From a virus, in IMG/VR virus record IMGVR_UViG_3300045988_120820, positions 1-64,000 of that record: a DNA stretch of 64,000 nt. One strand, 5' to 3'. This document shows positions 62,106 through 64,000 of the stretch, in pieces. The notes beneath the pieces were generated by a model. That model was not told the origin of the DNA. It saw nothing but the letters and a program-made list of their open reading frames with translations, and searched no databases. Made by a program: the position numbers and the translations under genes. How positions within the stretch are numbered: the stretch's first letter is position 1; each line of letters opens with the position of its first letter.

Positions 62106-63408
62106 ATTGTAAGATGAAATCATTAAAAATAAAATTATATCCTACAAAACAACAAGAAATATTATTCTACAAACATATTAATTGTCAAAGATATATTTAT
62201 AATTGGGCTTTAGGTATTAACAATGAATTATATAAAGAAAATAAAATGAAATATTCTAGTAATGAATTGTGTAAAATGCTTACTCAATATAAAAAAGATA
62301 ATACTTGGTTAAATGAAGTATCTAGTGCAACGTTAAAAGAATCAATTAGAAATCTAGATAAAGCTTATACTAATTTTTATAAAGGTAGAGCCAATTTACC
62401 TAAATTTAAGAGTAAAAGAAAGTCTAAATTAAGCTTTTATAGTAGATATGATAAAATTAAATTTTACCAAAATAATACTGTTAATTTAGAAAAAATAGGT
62501 AGGGTAAAATATAAATCTAGCTATAATATAGATTTGACTCAAATAATTAAATTTAGTAATCCTCATGTATCATATAATGGTAGATGTTGGATATTAACTG
62601 TAGGTATAAGTGTAGATAGTGAAATGCATAAATTAACAAATGAAGTAATAGGAATAGATTTAGGCATAAAAGAATTAGCAATATGTAGTAATGGAATGAT
62701 ATTTAAAAATATAAACAAAGATTTAACTATTAAGAAATTAGAAAAACGACTTAAAAGATTGCAAAGAAAAGTAAGTAAAAAATATGAATTAAATAAAGAA
62801 GGGAGGAGTTATCAAAAATCTAATAATATAATTAAACTTGAAAATAAAATAAATAGATTATATCGAAAATTACATAATATAAGATTAAATTATATACATC
62901 AAACAACTTCTACAATAGTGAAAACCAAACCTTGTATGATAGTTATGGAAGATTTATGTATTAAAAATATGATGAAAAATAAATCAATTGCTAAACAAGT
63001 TCAAAAGATAGGGTTATATGAATTTATTAGACAGATGAAGTATAAATGCGAATGGAATGGTATCAGATTTGAACAAGTAGATAGATATTTCCCATCAAGC
63101 AAAATATGTAGTAATTGTTTTAATATAAAGAAAGATTTAAAATTATCTGATAGAACATATTATTGTGAAAAATGTGGTTTAACTATTGATAGAGATTTTA
63201 ATGCAAGTATTAATCTTATGAATTATGGAAAGTCATTATTATAAGAATTTCTATAACATGTAGTGTTTCGTTAAACACGAATTTACGCCTTTGGACTATT
63301 AATAACTATAGTAGGTATTTTTCTGAAATAGAATAGAATGAAAAAGGAATGAAGATTTATTTAAGTTTAATTTATAGATTTTTATAGATTTTCGATAACG
63401 GTGATAAT
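62106..63408 (+). mobile_element. TnpB-only IS200/IS605-family (IS1341-like) insertion; boundaries inferred
   Basis: Interrupts a repeat element whose two halves (62046-62105 and 63409-63470) rebuild the intact copy at 49264-49380; GGTGATAAT at 62097-62105 and 63400-63408. Confidence 0.55.
62114..63244 (+). CDS. tnpB: TnpB (OrfB) RNA-guided nuclease
   Basis: KLYPTKQQ N-terminus, RuvC-like IGIDLG, VMEDL, zinc finger CSNC..CEKCG, DRDFNASINL. Confidence 0.85.
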   Translation: MKSLKIKLYPTKQQEILFYKHINCQRYIYNWALGINNELYKENKMKYSSNELCKMLTQYKKDNTWLNEVSSATLKESIRNLDKAYTNFYKGRANLPKFKSKRKSKLSFYSRYDKIKFYQNNTVNLEKIGRVKYKSSYNIDLTQIIKFSNPHVSYNGRCWILTVGISVDSEMHKLTNEVIGIDLGIKELAICSNGMIFKNINKDLTIKKLEKRLKRLQRKVSKKYELNKEGRSYQKSNNIIKLENKINRLYRKLHNIRLNYIHQTTSTIVKTKPCMIVMEDLCIKNMMKNKSIAKQVQKIGLYEFIRQMKYKCEWNGIRFEQVDRYFPSSKICSNCFNIKKDLKLSDRTYYCEKCGLTIDRDFNASINLMNYGKSLL

Positions 63409-63470
63409 AAAAATGTAAAATACATTCTAAATAAAATATTAATAAAAATAATAAATTTTAAGGAGATGAT
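63400..63470 (+). promoter_or_regulatory. orphan 3' half of a phage-specific element with ATG-TAA minimal ORF
   Basis: GGTGATAATAAAAATGTAAAATA..AAATATTAATAAAAATAA, close to 49311-49370; ATG-TAA 63413-63418. Confidence 0.5.
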
Positions 63471-63476
63471 GTTGTT

Positions 63477-63716
63477 ATGGTAATGTTATTCATAGATTCA
63501 AAAATAGAACATCTGCAAGAAATCGTAGGACAAAGGGTTAGTTTGGATTTTGATAGTATGACAGGTGAATTATATATTAATGCATTACAAACAGGAAAAT
63601 ATATCAAATTATCATCTAATATAAATATAAATAATGAAGGTAGATATGTAATAATTTCAGATAATGATAATAATAGTTTATTTATAATGAAAGATTTAAA
63701 TGAGGAGGAGTTATAA
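63477..63716 (+). CDS. hypothetical protein
   Basis: Track ORF; SD AAGGAG. Confidence 0.6.
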   Translation: MVMLFIDSKIEHLQEIVGQRVSLDFDSMTGELYINALQTGKYIKLSSNININNEGRYVIISDNDNNSLFIMKDLNEEEL

Positions 63717-63717
63717 T

Positions 63718-64000
63718 ATGAATTTAAAAGTAGGAGATAAAGTTAGAATAAAAGAAAATTTGAGTGAATGCGAATTTGGATATAATCGTTATATGGAAGA
63801 GTTTGCAGGTAAAAAGGCAACTGTAATAAGAACTTTTGGTAAAGGTGGGATAGAGTTAGATATAGATAAACAAGTCTGGAATTGGTCAGAAAATGTATTA
63901 GAATTAATAGAGGAGGAAAAAACAGTGAATACGAAAATAGAAGAAGGGAATAAAGTAAATGAATCAGAGTTAAAAGATTCTGAAATATCTAAAGAAGTTA
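63718..64000 (+). CDS. hypothetical protein, 3'-truncated by the window edge
   Basis: SD GAGGAGGAG, ATG 63718, frame open to the end of the window. Confidence 0.55.
   Translation, partial: MNLKVGDKVRIKENLSECEFGYNRYMEEFAGKKATVIRTFGKGGIELDIDKQVWNWSENVLELIEEEKTVNTKIEEGNKVNESELKDSEISKEV

Noticed and set aside
1-64000. Alternative genetic code (TGA or TAG reassignment), as seen in some large phages
   Set aside because: Genes end cleanly, mostly on TAA inside the junction motif. Conserved proteins (ligase, NrdD, DnaB, AAA+, GH13) are full length with no in-frame stops. The few interrupted genes need frame changes, not stop read-through. Reading through the Dam TGA at 2229-2231 gives sequence with no resemblance to Dam C-termini.

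Overview
Very AT-rich 64-kb stretch in which every credible gene is on the + strand. It reads as the early and middle (regulation, replication, recombination, nucleotide metabolism) region of a large phage or phage-plasmid. The host is probably a low-GC anaerobe, because class III nrdDG and thyX are present. Recognisable genes include Dam, a tyrosine recombinase, two SprT-like proteins, Rha/KilAC and AntA-type antirepressors, and two tandem ECF-like sigma factors. There is also a ParM/ParR partition pair, an ATP-dependent DNA ligase, a ClpP-like protease, a beta-CASP nuclease, an SSB-like protein and an AAA_24 ATPase. The replication and metabolism set includes an FtsH-type AAA+ ATPase, a GH13 amylase-family enzyme, DnaB helicase, DnaG-type primase, a Cas4/RecB-like nuclease, family B DNA polymerase, ThyX, a C5-cytosine methyltransferase, NrdD and NrdG. 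The region is heavily colonised by selfish elements: two group I introns in polB (one with a homing-endonuclease ORF), a LAGLIDADG intein at the catalytic Cys of the C5-methyltransferase, and seven full-length paralogs plus remnants of an AP2/HNH-like free-standing endonuclease family. A GIY-YIG gene, a zinc-ribbon/Vsr-like endonuclease and a TnpB-only IS200/IS605-like insertion add to this. Three unusual non-coding layers stand out. First, a 15-nt gene-junction motif AAAATAATTAATAAA has about 40 exact copies, all seen on the + strand. Second, a fixed-geometry element CATAGGTAATTTT-N11-TGTTAATAC-N3-AATATAAGGAGG occurs 12 times plus a degenerate copy. I interpret it as the promoter class of the phage sigma factors, and it often carries an ATG-stop minimal ORF. 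Third, there is a family of GGGA-TTAATT-TCCC hairpins. Several genes are interrupted exactly at catalytic motifs (beta-CASP HxHxDH, methyltransferase PPY) in ways compatible with either decay or translational recoding. All coordinates, motif counts and family assignments were made by eye; no database search or statistics could be run.
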